Of a stretch of DNA of 51,943 bases, positions 17,190 to 26,181 are shown one piece after another; positions within the stretch are counted from its first letter, which is position 1; each line of letters starts with the position of its first letter. The notes below the pieces were generated by a model. The model ran no database searches. It worked only from the letters and a program-made list of their open reading frames with translations, and had not been told where the DNA came from. Made by a program: the position numbers and the translations under genes. Source of the DNA: an uncultured Nitrososphaerales archaeon. GTDB lineage: Archaea; Thermoproteota; Nitrososphaeria; Conexivisphaerales; DTJL01. The DNA lies in contig CAYYVT010000102.1 of the NCBI GenBank assembly GCA_964475215.1, positions 1-51,943 of the forward strand. Reading direction: 5' to 3'.

Positions 17190-17732
17190 ATGAAGGCCGG
17201 TGCTGACCTCAAGGCCGACCACCGCGTGATAAGGAGGCTCGAAGCGGCAATAAGGGCGATGGCGGCCAAGATAGCGAAGGGCGAAACCATCTCTCCTGAC
17301 GACGTTGAGGAAGCGATCCAGCTGATGCTTGAGTTCGTGGATTCCTACCACCATGCAAAAGAAGAAGCCGGGCTCTTCCCCGTGATCCAAGGGGCCGTCA
17401 AGGAGCAGCAGAAGGTTGTTTATGGATTTCTCGTCGAACATGAATTCGCCAGGAGGGCAGCGCGGAGGATAGAGCAGGAGTTCGCCATTTGGATCAAGGA
17501 AGGGAACGACGCCGAGCCCCTCTCTCGCTTCCTCCTGACATATGCAGACTTCCTGAAGACTCACACTGAAAAGGAAGACAAATGGTTCGTAGAGGTCGAT
17601 GCAAAGCTCCTTTCCGCCGAACAGCAGAGGGAGGTACTTGGGAGATTCGCCGAGGTCTCGGAGGGGCGCCCTGGTTCGAAGAAGGACTTCGTGCGAAGGG
17701 TTAACGGGCTAGCTCGAAAGTACGTAGTATGA
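17190..17732 (+). CDS. Hemerythrin-like (HHE cation-binding) domain protein
   Basis: I call the internal ATG at 17190 (MKAGADLKADHRVIRRLE...), giving 180 aa. It has H-x-x-EE (SYHHAKEEAGLFPV), EHE and a downstream H/E pattern typical of hemerythrin-like proteins. The 103 aa upstream in track ORF 16881..17732 looks non-coding. Confidence 0.7.
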   Translation: MKAGADLKADHRVIRRLEAAIRAMAAKIAKGETISPDDVEEAIQLMLEFVDSYHHAKEEAGLFPVIQGAVKEQQKVVYGFLVEHEFARRAARRIEQEFAIWIKEGNDAEPLSRFLLTYADFLKTHTEKEDKWFVEVDAKLLSAEQQREVLGRFAEVSEGRPGSKKDFVRRVNGLARKYVV

Positions 17733-18003
17733 ACATTCGACCGTATGATCCGGGATGGGGAAGGTTCCCCCATGTCGTCGCCCCTTAGACCTTATATTCA
17801 TCCGTGTCCTGAGCCGATAGAGAATGGCCGAGGCCGCGCCGTCGGGTTATCGCCCAGATTGCTCGACAGCCGCATTCAACGCCCACATGGAGGGCTGAAG
17901 TTCGAAGGCTTCGAGGGTCATCCTCGCCCTCATCGGCGTCGTCCTGATTGCGGGAGCGATAACGTACGGCTTCATAAGTGTAGCCAACGGGAGGCCTTCC
18001 AAA

Positions 18004-19329
18004 GTGACATCGACCTCCTGTGGACCGACCTCGCTGGTCAACGCCAGCGCCACCTATCCCATGGAATACGTGGTGCCGGGCAATTGCACGGCGCCCAATG
18101 GAATCACAGTGGACGGTGACGGCCGTGTGTGGTTTGTCGAGCAGAACACCAGCCAGCTCGTGCGGTATGATCCCAAGAGCGGGAACTTCACCGAGTATGA
18201 CCTTCCCGTTGCCAAACCTATCACCTGGTCGCTCACTACGACCTTGGATAACGATGTATGGCTGACGGACGCCAATTCGAGCGAGATAATCCGGTTCGAT
18301 CCCGCCTCCTTGAACTTCACTCAGTATCACCTTGCCGAAGGATCCTTCCCCCAGCAGATCATAAGGGGGCCTGACGGGGCGGTGTGGTTCTCCGAGCTAT
18401 ATGGCCACAGGATTGGAAGGATCCAGCCGGACAACGGCCTCCTGACGGAGTACCCTACGCCCAACAACGACACGGCCCCATCTGGGATCGCCTTCGATTC
18501 CAAGGGTATGCTTTGGGTGACCATGGTCAGCTCCAACAAATCGGTATCCAGCACGATAGCGACGTTGGACCCAGCCAATGGGACCTATCAATATTATGAA
18601 ATGCCCATCCCCATCGCCCAACCGATTGGAATCGCCGTCGACAGCTCGGGGATGGTTTGGTTCGCTGAAAACGGGTCAAGCCTAATCGGAAGGTTCGACC
18701 CCCTTACAGGAGGCCTAATCCAGATGCCCACCTCCGGCAGACAGGGGGTGACTACGACCCTCCCCTACTGGATGGCTGAGGATCCTTTGGGGAACATCTG
18801 GTTCAACGAAAATGGAGCGAATAGGGTTGCGGAGCTGAACCCCACCAGGATGACGCTGGTCGAATACGACATCCCATCATACGTCCCCTCATATGGGAAC
18901 ATCTCCAATGCTCAGACCATAGCCTACGGCGCCGGGGGCCTCTGGTTCACGGAGCTGTCGACGGGGAAGATAGGCTTCGTCAACGCCTCCGTCTCCCCGG
19001 ACCTTTCCGTGACGGGCCCTGACGCCTTCAACGTTTCTTCTAGCACGACGGTACAGCTCAACATAACAGCTTTGGGGAATTATTCCGGACAGTTCAGCCT
19101 TGGGGCCACAGACGCCGAGGTGAGCGGCGGCGCACTTCAGAACTTCAGCGTCTCCTTCGCTTCGCCAGCGTACTTCCTGAGCGGCAAGCCGGTACTGCTG
19201 ACCGTAAACGCCACGGTGACGGTGACGACGAGCACGATTTTGGGGGACTACTACTTCACGATTACAGCTCGTGAGCCTGGGATGGCCGCCTCGAAGATCG
19301 TGGAGGCCTTGCTGGTGCCCCCTCGCTAG
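18004..19329 (+). CDS. Secreted/surface beta-propeller repeat protein (Vgb-lyase/NHL-like repeats) with C-terminal Ig-like region; N-terminus unresolved
   Basis: 441 aa from the GTG at 18004. It has repeated about 42-aa units with P-x-GI-x-x-D-x-x-G-x-(V/L)W(F/V)-(T/V)E...(I/V)(G/V)R(F/Y/I)(D/Q)P. I count at least 17 N-x-S/T sequons. An in-frame signal-anchor is encoded upstream (17899-18003) without a canonical start; see findings. Confidence 0.7.
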   Translation: MTSTSCGPTSLVNASATYPMEYVVPGNCTAPNGITVDGDGRVWFVEQNTSQLVRYDPKSGNFTEYDLPVAKPITWSLTTTLDNDVWLTDANSSEIIRFDPASLNFTQYHLAEGSFPQQIIRGPDGAVWFSELYGHRIGRIQPDNGLLTEYPTPNNDTAPSGIAFDSKGMLWVTMVSSNKSVSSTIATLDPANGTYQYYEMPIPIAQPIGIAVDSSGMVWFAENGSSLIGRFDPLTGGLIQMPTSGRQGVTTTLPYWMAEDPLGNIWFNENGANRVAELNPTRMTLVEYDIPSYVPSYGNISNAQTIAYGAGGLWFTELSTGKIGFVNASVSPDLSVTGPDAFNVSSSTTVQLNITALGNYSGQFSLGATDAEVSGGALQNFSVSFASPAYFLSGKPVLLTVNATVTVTTSTILGDYYFTITAREPGMAASKIVEALLVPPR

Positions 19330-19750
19330 GACTGCGTCCTCCGGTTGCAACCCGTTTCTGAATGTGCCCGACTATCTCCCTAAGGGAGGTGCCAGGCCCG
19401 AAGTTTCCGCTAATGCCCATGGCCTCCAGTTTCGGCTTGTCTTCGTCAGGTATGATCCCTCCGCCCACGACCAGGATCCCCTTTCCGCCCTTCTCACGAA
19501 GTAGCCTGAGGACCTTTGGGAAGACCGTCATGTGAGCCCCGTTCAAGAGGCTCAGCGCCACGACGTCCACGTCTTCGTCCACAGCCATCTGGGCTACCTG
19601 CTCGGGAGTGGTGAGCAGGCCCGCGTAGATGACCTCCATGCCGGCATCCCTGAAGGCGCGACAGAGCACCAAGGCGCCCCTGTCGTGGCCATCGAGGGCC
19701 GGCTTCGCTACGAGGATCTTGATTGAGACCTTTGATGCCCTCGGTGCCAT
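19262..19750 (-). CDS. Methylmalonyl-CoA mutase, small (B12-binding) subunit
   Basis: I call the ATG at 19750, 2 nt after the large-subunit stop. KILVAKPALDGHDRGALVLCRAFRDAGMEVIYAG carries the DxHxxG cobalamin-binding motif. The C-terminal about 28 aa extension overlaps the convergent gene. Confidence 0.85.
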   Translation of the reverse strand: MAPRASKVSIKILVAKPALDGHDRGALVLCRAFRDAGMEVIYAGLLTTPEQVAQMAVDEDVDVVALSLLNGAHMTVFPKVLRLLREKGGKGILVVGGGIIPDEDKPKLEAMGISGNFGPGTSLREIVGHIQKRVATGGRSPSEGAPARPPRSSRRPSQAHEL

Positions 19751-19752
19751 GT

Positions 19753-21492
19753 TCAGAGCATCACCGGCTCCTGCCAAGGACCGAACACCTCCCTTCCCAC
19801 CTGCATTATCTCTCCCAGGGTCGAGCCCGCGCCCGTCGCTCGAAGCAGGGAGGGCATTGAATTGGCCTTGTCGTCCTCGAGCGTGCGCCGGAGTTCCTCC
19901 AGCGACGCCTTCACGGAGGCCCCATCCCTGGTCCTTCGAAGCCGCGCCAGCGCCTCACGCTGCGCCCTTTGGGCCCTCTGGTCTATCTTTAGGGTTCTAA
20001 TGGGCCGCTCCTCCTTGACAACGAAATCGTTGACCCCGACGATTATGCTTTTCTTCTCCTCTATCCTCTTCTGGGTTTCGTAGGCCGTATCCGCGATTTC
20101 GCGTTGGAGGAAGCCGGCCTTGATGGCGCCGACCACTCCGCCCAGCTTTTCGATCTTGTCAAAGTACGCATAAGCGCCGAGCTCCAGCTCACGGGTGAGC
20201 CATTCGAGGTAATATGAGCCGCCCATCGGATCCACGACGTCGGCGATGCCGGTCTCTTCGGCTATGACCTGTTGCGTCCTCAGCGCCACCTCGGCTGACT
20301 CCTCCGTAGGAAGCGCCCAGGCTTCGTCGTACGCGTTCGTATGGAGCGACTGGGTGCCTCCAAGGGTCGACGCAAGGGCCTCTATGGCGGTGCGGACTAT
20401 GTTGTTCAGCGGCTGCTGCCAGGTGAGAGATGCCCCCGACGTCTGGGTGTGGAACCTCAGAAGGAGTGACCTGGGGTCCTTCGCCTTGTACTTCTCCTTG
20501 AGCACCGTCGCCCATATGCGGCGGGCCGCCCGAAACTTCGCAACCTCTTCGAAGAAGTTCATCGTCGAATTGAAGAAGAACGACAGTCGCGGCGCAAACG
20601 AATCCACCGGGAGCCCGGCCGAAATCCCAAGGTCCAGATAAGAGAAGCCGTCGGCCAGGGTGAATGCCAGCTCCTGCAGGGCACTGGCACCTGCTTCTCT
20701 GATGTGGTAGCCGCTGATGCTGATGTAGTTCCACATGGGGACCTCCCGCGTGCAATATACCATCATGTCCCTGATCAGGCGGAGATGCGCTTCGGGCGGG
20801 AAGGCCCATTCCTTCTGAGCGATGTATTCCTTCAGGATGTCCGTCTGGGTCGTTCCGCGAAGCTGTCGGAGCTGGACGCCCTGCTCCTGGGCAGTGCGCA
20901 GGTACATAGCCATCACCACCGCTGCGGGGGCGTTGATCGTCATGGAGGTGCTCACCTCTCCGAGGTTTATTCCTGAGAACAGCTCCTCCATGTCGCGAAG
21001 GCAGCTGACGTTTACACCGCACCTCCCCACCTCCCCCCTTGCCCTTTCATCATCCGCATCATATCCGTAAAGGGTCGGCATGTCAAATGCGATGCTGAGG
21101 CCGGTCTCTCCCTTGGCGAGGAGGTACTTCAACCGGCGGTTGGTGTCCTTGGGTGTCCCGAAGCCGGAGAACATCCTCATGGTCCACGGACGGCCGCGGT
21201 ACATCGAAGGATATATCCCCCGTGTATAGGGATAGCTGCCGGGGAATCCGAGGTCACGCAGAGGATCGATCCCTTCGACGTCCGCGGGCCCGTATAGCGT
21301 CTTCAGATCGAAGCCAGAGGAAGTGGCGAAGGATGTCTTGCGCTCAGGGGTGGCACGGAGCCAGGGTGAGAGCGTCTTCCTTTCCCATTCGCTTATGGGG
21401 TAGCCCGAAGCTGTCTTTCCCTTCGGCCCAGCGCGTTCGCGAAGCTCCTCGATCTTGGAATTCCAATAGCCGGGGCTCTTTGGTTTCGGCAT
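19753..21492 (-). CDS. Methylmalonyl-CoA mutase, large (catalytic) subunit
   Basis: 579 aa. The FPGSYPYTRGIYPSMYRGRPWTMRMFSGFG and TQTSG motifs are typical of the MCM TIM-barrel domain. The split large/small architecture is typical of archaea. Confidence 0.95.
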   Translation of the reverse strand: MPKPKSPGYWNSKIEELRERAGPKGKTASGYPISEWERKTLSPWLRATPERKTSFATSSGFDLKTLYGPADVEGIDPLRDLGFPGSYPYTRGIYPSMYRGRPWTMRMFSGFGTPKDTNRRLKYLLAKGETGLSIAFDMPTLYGYDADDERARGEVGRCGVNVSCLRDMEELFSGINLGEVSTSMTINAPAAVVMAMYLRTAQEQGVQLRQLRGTTQTDILKEYIAQKEWAFPPEAHLRLIRDMMVYCTREVPMWNYISISGYHIREAGASALQELAFTLADGFSYLDLGISAGLPVDSFAPRLSFFFNSTMNFFEEVAKFRAARRIWATVLKEKYKAKDPRSLLLRFHTQTSGASLTWQQPLNNIVRTAIEALASTLGGTQSLHTNAYDEAWALPTEESAEVALRTQQVIAEETGIADVVDPMGGSYYLEWLTRELELGAYAYFDKIEKLGGVVGAIKAGFLQREIADTAYETQKRIEEKKSIIVGVNDFVVKEERPIRTLKIDQRAQRAQREALARLRRTRDGASVKASLEELRRTLEDDKANSMPSLLRATGAGSTLGEIMQVGREVFGPWQEPVML

Positions 21493-21608
21493 GTGTACGA
21501 TGAAGCTTCTGAGCGGATTATTTCTAGATTGTTACAAATGCGTCCCAGGGCTCTGCGTGGACGGAAAAGGACAAACGAAATAAGGTCGAGTTCCCAACGA
21601 GCTATCCG

Positions 21609-22583
21609 TTGAGGGCCCTGGAGCTCGTGCGAGGAGTGACTCAAGGCAGCCGAAGGGACATCTCCAGGGCGATCACCATTCTCGAAGATGAGCTTCCGGG
21701 ATCTGGGGAGCTCTATGCCGAGATATACCGGAGGGGCGGGAAGGCGTTCGTCCTTGGAGTGGCGGGGCCCCCGGGGGCCGGCAAAAGCACCCTGATAAAC
21801 TGCCTCATTCATGAACTGCGGTCGAGGGGGCACAAGGTTGGAGTGGTCGCCGTAGACCCCACTAGCCCATTCACTGGAGGGGCCCTCCTCGGGGACCGAA
21901 TCCGCATGGTGGATCACAGCCTCGATGAAGGCGTCTACATCAGGAGCATGGCATCGAGGGGGAGCAGGGGCGGCCTTTCTCGCAATGCGAGGAAGGCAAT
22001 CTGCGTGCTCGACGCCGCAAATTATGACGTAATCATACTGGAGACCGTGGGCATAGGTCAGACTGAAGTGGACATCGTCAGGGTAGCCCAGGCGACCATA
22101 GTGATAATCATGCCAGAGATGGGGGACTCGGTGCAAGCGATGAAGGCGGGGCTCATGGAGATCGGTGACATCTTCGTCGTCAACAAGGCCGACCTCGAGG
22201 GCGCCGACAGGGCGGCGCTGGAGATTGGCCAGTTCGCTCGGGGCAAGGACGGAGGGAGGCCAAAGGTCCTCAAGACCGTGGCGAAGACCTGTCAGGGGGT
22301 TCCGGAGCTTGCTAGCGCCGTGGAAGGCCTGATGGCAAATGCGAAGGCGAAGCGGGCTACGCGTGGGAGGGAGGAAGTAGTGGACGAAGTAAGAGAAGCG
22401 TTAAACGGAAAGGTGGAAAGTGCCTTCGCTCTCGGTGTTGTGAGCCATCCTGGGTGGGAGGCCCTCTTGAAGAAGGTTGCCGAGAGGAAAGTCGATCCGG
22501 ATTCCGCCGCCGAGGTGATGATGAAAGACCTTGCCGAAGGGGGAAGGGCTTCACCTCGCAACCCTGCGCGTCGCGGAAGATGA
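21609..22583 (+). CDS. meaB: Methylmalonyl-CoA mutase-associated GTPase MeaB/ArgK
   Basis: 324 aa with TTG start. P-loop GVAGPPGAGKSTLI, ETVGIGQ and VVNKADL (NKxD). It is divergent from the mutase genes. Confidence 0.9.
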   Translation: MRALELVRGVTQGSRRDISRAITILEDELPGSGELYAEIYRRGGKAFVLGVAGPPGAGKSTLINCLIHELRSRGHKVGVVAVDPTSPFTGGALLGDRIRMVDHSLDEGVYIRSMASRGSRGGLSRNARKAICVLDAANYDVIILETVGIGQTEVDIVRVAQATIVIIMPEMGDSVQAMKAGLMEIGDIFVVNKADLEGADRAALEIGQFARGKDGGRPKVLKTVAKTCQGVPELASAVEGLMANAKAKRATRGREEVVDEVREALNGKVESAFALGVVSHPGWEALLKKVAERKVDPDSAAEVMMKDLAEGGRASPRNPARRGR

Positions 22584-22593
22584 AACCTATCCT

Positions 22594-23163
22594 CTAGTTA
22601 CTCGGCCCGGATTTGGAGCGACCGTAGACGACCTTTCCCGAGGGAATAAAGGCTGGGACCATCTTCGTGTAGGTTACGTAGTCCTGGCCGAACAGGGCAA
22701 TCATCTCTCGTTTTTCATACGGCATGACGACGATGTTGAACCAGGCGAGCAGCCCGAAGCCGGCGATCAGCAGGAAGGTTAGGCCTGAGATGAGGGCGAT
22801 CCCGAAGAGTGTCGCACATACGCCGAAGTAGGTTGGGTTCCTGACGTACAGGTAAGGCCCGTCCACGACAAAGGGCTCACTCCGGCCTAGCGAAGATGAA
22901 GGATCCGTGCGAGTGAGGGCCTTCTTGAAGGTGTAGAAGGTCGAAACGAAGAACGCCTTCGGGGTCCTGTAGACGAAGACCCACCCGGCCCAGAGAAAGC
23001 CTAGGCCGAACAAGAACGCGCCCAGCGCCCACCATAGCCCTGCTCCTCCGAAGTGCCGCGGAAGGCCGGAGACCGCAGTTATGGCAAAGGCCAGCGCAGA
23101 TATGACCACTACGACTGCGGTGGCTCCTGCGGCGGCTAGCGTAGCGCGCAGATAGTCGTTCAA
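22594..23163 (-). CDS. Isoprenylcysteine carboxyl methyltransferase (ICMT)/phospholipid methyltransferase family membrane protein
   Basis: 189 aa and multi-TM. GPYLYVRNPTYFG matches the RNP-x-Y motif region of the ICMT/PEMT family. Confidence 0.75.
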   Translation of the reverse strand: MNDYLRATLAAAGATAVVVVISALAFAITAVSGLPRHFGGAGLWWALGAFLFGLGFLWAGWVFVYRTPKAFFVSTFYTFKKALTRTDPSSSLGRSEPFVVDGPYLYVRNPTYFGVCATLFGIALISGLTFLLIAGFGLLAWFNIVVMPYEKREMIALFGQDYVTYTKMVPAFIPSGKVVYGRSKSGPSN

Positions 23164-23621
23164 CCAACGGGTCCCCCCTTTGATGGACTCCTCCTATTGT
23201 CATCCTCTCGAATGCTTCCTTCCTCGGAGGGCGCGTGCAACTCCTCGACTTGCTTCGAAACGAAGTTGATGAGATTGGATTCGGCCTTCAGATACAAGGC
23301 CTCCCCTGCACCCGCGGTGCCCGCGACGGACAGCCCGAGGGTGAAAGGCGCCAGGGCCCAAGCCACCATTCCCGCCAGGGTCGTGTCCTTGACCATCCGC
23401 GACACGTCCCTATCCATCACAAGTGTGAAATCGCTGGGATCCCCGACGATCTTAAGGGCGAACGTCACCTTGATCACCGTCAAGGCCTTCTCCTGGGCGG
23501 CGACCAAGGTCAGGTGATCGAGATCGGACTGCACCCTGTAGCCGTTCATGGTCAAGTATGCGCTCACCTTCCTGAACAGAAGTTTGGGGTCCGCCCCAGA
23601 AGAGAGGAAGCGCCTGCGCAT
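23160..23621 (-). CDS. Hypothetical protein with one hydrophobic segment
   Basis: 153 aa. The stop overlaps the ICMT-family start by 4 nt, suggesting an operon. No motif recognised. Confidence 0.4.
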   Translation of the reverse strand: MRRRFLSSGADPKLLFRKVSAYLTMNGYRVQSDLDHLTLVAAQEKALTVIKVTFALKIVGDPSDFTLVMDRDVSRMVKDTTLAGMVAWALAPFTLGLSVAGTAGAGEALYLKAESNLINFVSKQVEELHAPSEEGSIREDDNRRSPSKGGPVG

Positions 23622-23704
23622 CGGTTCCTCGTGGGCCTCCGGGCTTCTTTATAGTATCCGCTCCAAACGAGCCTCGTCCATGAACGCACGCCTCCCGGGT
23701 TCGA

Positions 23705-24235
23705 TCACTGCCAGGCGAGATGTCTATTCAGGAAGGGAATCAGGGCCAAGGTCGTCCCATGGACGTACAATCCCGTCCTGTCGATGACTCCCTTGGTGAA
23801 AATCCCCACCGCTCCGGGGCCGTGCTTTACGTCTGACATCCCGGTGATCCTATCCATGGCTTCACCCAGCTCAAGGCCCTTGCCAATCAGCCTCAGGGAT
23901 TCGAGCGGAAGCTGAAAGAGGCCGGTGGTGGCCGAGGAGCTCTGGCCCTTTGCGTCTATTATCGAGATGGCGGCGAAGGCGAACTCCTTGCCGTTCAGCT
24001 CCATGATGCCGCCTTCGATTCCCACCGCCAGATCGCATTTGGAGAGTTTCATGGCACCTTCCGCCCTGTTCCTCGCCCCTTCGAAGGCTTCGTCTCCGAC
24101 CGGCTGGGCGCGGACCCCTGAGCCGACGGCAATGGGGACGACCTCGACATCATAGTAGGGTCCGAGCGCCCTTCTGACGGCCTCTATCTTCACTTTGTTC
24201 GTGCTACCCACGGCGACCCGCATTCTGGGCTTCAA
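23705..24235 (-). CDS. Inosine/xanthosine triphosphatase (non-canonical purine NTPase, YjjX/DUF84 family)
   Basis: 176 aa. VAVGSTNKVKIEAVRRAL...GSGVRAQPVGDEAFEGARNRA matches the YjjX family pattern. Confidence 0.8.
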   Translation of the reverse strand: MKPRMRVAVGSTNKVKIEAVRRALGPYYDVEVVPIAVGSGVRAQPVGDEAFEGARNRAEGAMKLSKCDLAVGIEGGIMELNGKEFAFAAISIIDAKGQSSSATTGLFQLPLESLRLIGKGLELGEAMDRITGMSDVKHGPGAVGIFTKGVIDRTGLYVHGTTLALIPFLNRHLAWQ

Positions 24236-24285
24236 GGGATGGGATTGGGAGAGCCGGTTCTGCAGATGAACCTTTCGAGAGGTTA

Positions 24286-25107
24286 GTGAAGGAGCCGAGT
24301 CATTTGGAAGGTCATGAGGTCGTCGTACGAATCCTTGGAAAGGCTATCATCCCGGCGGAATCGTTCTATATGGGATTGACCGAACAAGTTGCGTCCGTGA
24401 ATCAGCCAAGCGATTGGAAGAGGGTCAGGGAAGTCCTGAAGGAGCTGAAGTCCAAAGGCGACCAAAGCAATGTGGAAGGGATGGCCCGCTTCGGGATCAC
24501 GCCGTCCGACGCGTATGGCCTGTCGATGCCGGAGTTACGCCGCCTTGGTAGAAGCTTGGGGAGAGATCACGAGCTGGCGCAGGGCCTCTGGGCCACTGGC
24601 AACTTCGAAGCCAGAGTCCTCGCCAGCCTTGTGGATGAGCCGAAGAAGGTCTCCCCCCAGCAGATGGAAGAATGGGTGGAGGGCTTCGACAACTGGGCCA
24701 TCTGTGACGGATGCTGTTCCAACCTCTTCGACAAGACGCCATACGCATATCAAAAGGCCCTCGAGTGGAGCCGGAGAGATCCGGAATTCACCAGAAGGGC
24801 GGGATTCTCCCTCATGGCCGCCCTTGCGGTCCATGACAAACGGGCCGAAGACGCCCGATTCCTCGAGTTCCTCCCCGAGATACTGTCGCAGGCTGAAGAC
24901 GAGAGGAATTACGTCAAGAAGGCCGTGAACTGGGCGCTGAGGCAAATCGGGAAGCGTAACAGGAGACTCAACATGGAGGCGATCAAGGTCGCCCTGAAGC
25001 TCAAGGGCAGCAAGTCGGCAGCGGCCCGATGGGTGGCTTCGGATGCCCTCAGGGAGCTCACGGGCGATGCAGTCAAGGCCAGGCTGAACAGGAGAAGCAG
25101 CCCGTGA
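24286..25107 (+). CDS. DNA alkylation repair protein (AlkD-like HEAT-repeat family)
   Basis: 273 aa from a GTG; the ATG at 24370 (MGLTEQ...) is a plausible alternative. The region WATGNFEARVLAS...FDNWAICDGCCSNLF...EFTRRAGFSLMAALAVHDK fits the PF08713-type family as I recall it. Confidence 0.7.
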   Translation: MKEPSHLEGHEVVVRILGKAIIPAESFYMGLTEQVASVNQPSDWKRVREVLKELKSKGDQSNVEGMARFGITPSDAYGLSMPELRRLGRSLGRDHELAQGLWATGNFEARVLASLVDEPKKVSPQQMEEWVEGFDNWAICDGCCSNLFDKTPYAYQKALEWSRRDPEFTRRAGFSLMAALAVHDKRAEDARFLEFLPEILSQAEDERNYVKKAVNWALRQIGKRNRRLNMEAIKVALKLKGSKSAAARWVASDALRELTGDAVKARLNRRSSP

Positions 25108-25164
25108 TTGGACTGGGCATATATCCTTTTTAGTTCAGGAGGGCGGCGAGTCGATGAGAGAAGG

Positions 25165-25767
25165 ATGAGGCCCAGCCTGACCTTGGATACCGAGCGCCTC
25201 CTGCTGAGGGATTTCAGGAGGAGGGACTGGAAGGCGGTCCACGTCTATGCGTCCGATCCGGAAGTGGTGAAGTTCATGCCGTGGGGCCCGAATACGGAAG
25301 AGGGGACGAAGGCCTTCATCGAGAGGGTCATCAAGTTCCAAGAGGAGAGCCCGAGGCAACACTTCGAGCTGGCAGCCGTGCTCAAGGAAGATGGCGCACT
25401 CATAGGTGGATGCGGGCTGAACGTCACCAGCGAAGCGGACAAGACCGGATGCATCGGATATTGCTATAACAGGCGGTATTGGGGGAGGGGCCTCGCCACG
25501 GAGGCCGCTGAAGCATTACTGTGCCATGGCTTCGGGGAGCTGGGGCTCCATCGGATCTGGGCGACATGCGATACGCAGAACCTGCCGTCGGCGAGGGTCC
25601 TGGAGAAGTCGGGGATGACGCTGGAGGGGTGCCTCCGAGAAAGTGCGTTGGTCAGGGGTAGGTGGAGGGACTCCTTCCTCTATGCCATCCTAGAAGGAGA
25701 GTGGTCTCGACAGAAGGAAAAGGGACGGTCGGGCCACGTCGGAGGCGAAGCCAAAGGAGAGGCTTGA
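25165..25767 (+). CDS. GNAT family N-acetyltransferase (RimJ/RimL-like)
   Basis: I call the ATG at 25165 (MRPSLTLDTERLLLRDF). RRYWGRGLATEAAEALL is the acetyl-CoA-binding Q/RxxGxG/A region. Confidence 0.8.
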   Translation: MRPSLTLDTERLLLRDFRRRDWKAVHVYASDPEVVKFMPWGPNTEEGTKAFIERVIKFQEESPRQHFELAAVLKEDGALIGGCGLNVTSEADKTGCIGYCYNRRYWGRGLATEAAEALLCHGFGELGLHRIWATCDTQNLPSARVLEKSGMTLEGCLRESALVRGRWRDSFLYAILEGEWSRQKEKGRSGHVGGEAKGEA

Positions 25768-25772
25768 GTTCC

Positions 25773-26150
25773 ATGGTGCACAAGGAGTTCGCCTTCGCCT
25801 ATGTCAGCGCGGCGATCCTCGTCCTCGTGTTGGTGGCGGCCATAGTTTGGCGAGACCCCTACGCCCAGTCCATCGAGGCTACCGCCATGATCGCCTTTGG
25901 GGGTTTTCTCTTGGCGTTCGGGTTCTGGGGCGCGGACTACGCGTTCTCGGTGAAATTGGGAGAGTTAAACCAGTCAAAGCAAGATGGAGTGGTGAAGGGT
26001 GAGGAGGGGAAGGTCTACGTCCCCTTCGTTGGGAACTACACCCCAGCCGAGTGGTGGAACCTAAACTGGTTCTTCGTGACCATCGGGGCCTTCTGCCTTG
26101 CCTTCGGCACCTTCCTTCTCGGAATCATCCTGGGAAGTCTGGGCGCGTGA
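25773..26150 (+). CDS. Hypothetical membrane protein (3 TM segments)
   Basis: I call the ATG at 25773 (MVHKEFAFAYVSAAILVLVLVAAIVW), 125 aa. The upstream part of the track ORF overlaps the GNAT gene. Confidence 0.45.
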   Translation: MVHKEFAFAYVSAAILVLVLVAAIVWRDPYAQSIEATAMIAFGGFLLAFGFWGADYAFSVKLGELNQSKQDGVVKGEEGKVYVPFVGNYTPAEWWNLNWFFVTIGAFCLAFGTFLLGIILGSLGA

Positions 26151-26181
26151 TTCTTACCTTTAATCTTGGCTGCAGAGAGAT

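Noticed and set aside
17896-17898. Selenocysteine or genome-wide TGA/TAG reassignment as the explanation for the in-frame TGA
   Set aside because: TGA terminates confident genes here (for example cdc48, DUF371, Rpp30) and TAG terminates others (fen, pcm, acyP). Position 4 of a signal peptide is not a plausible Sec site, and I saw no SECIS-like element. A local error, mutation or readthrough remains possible (see findings).
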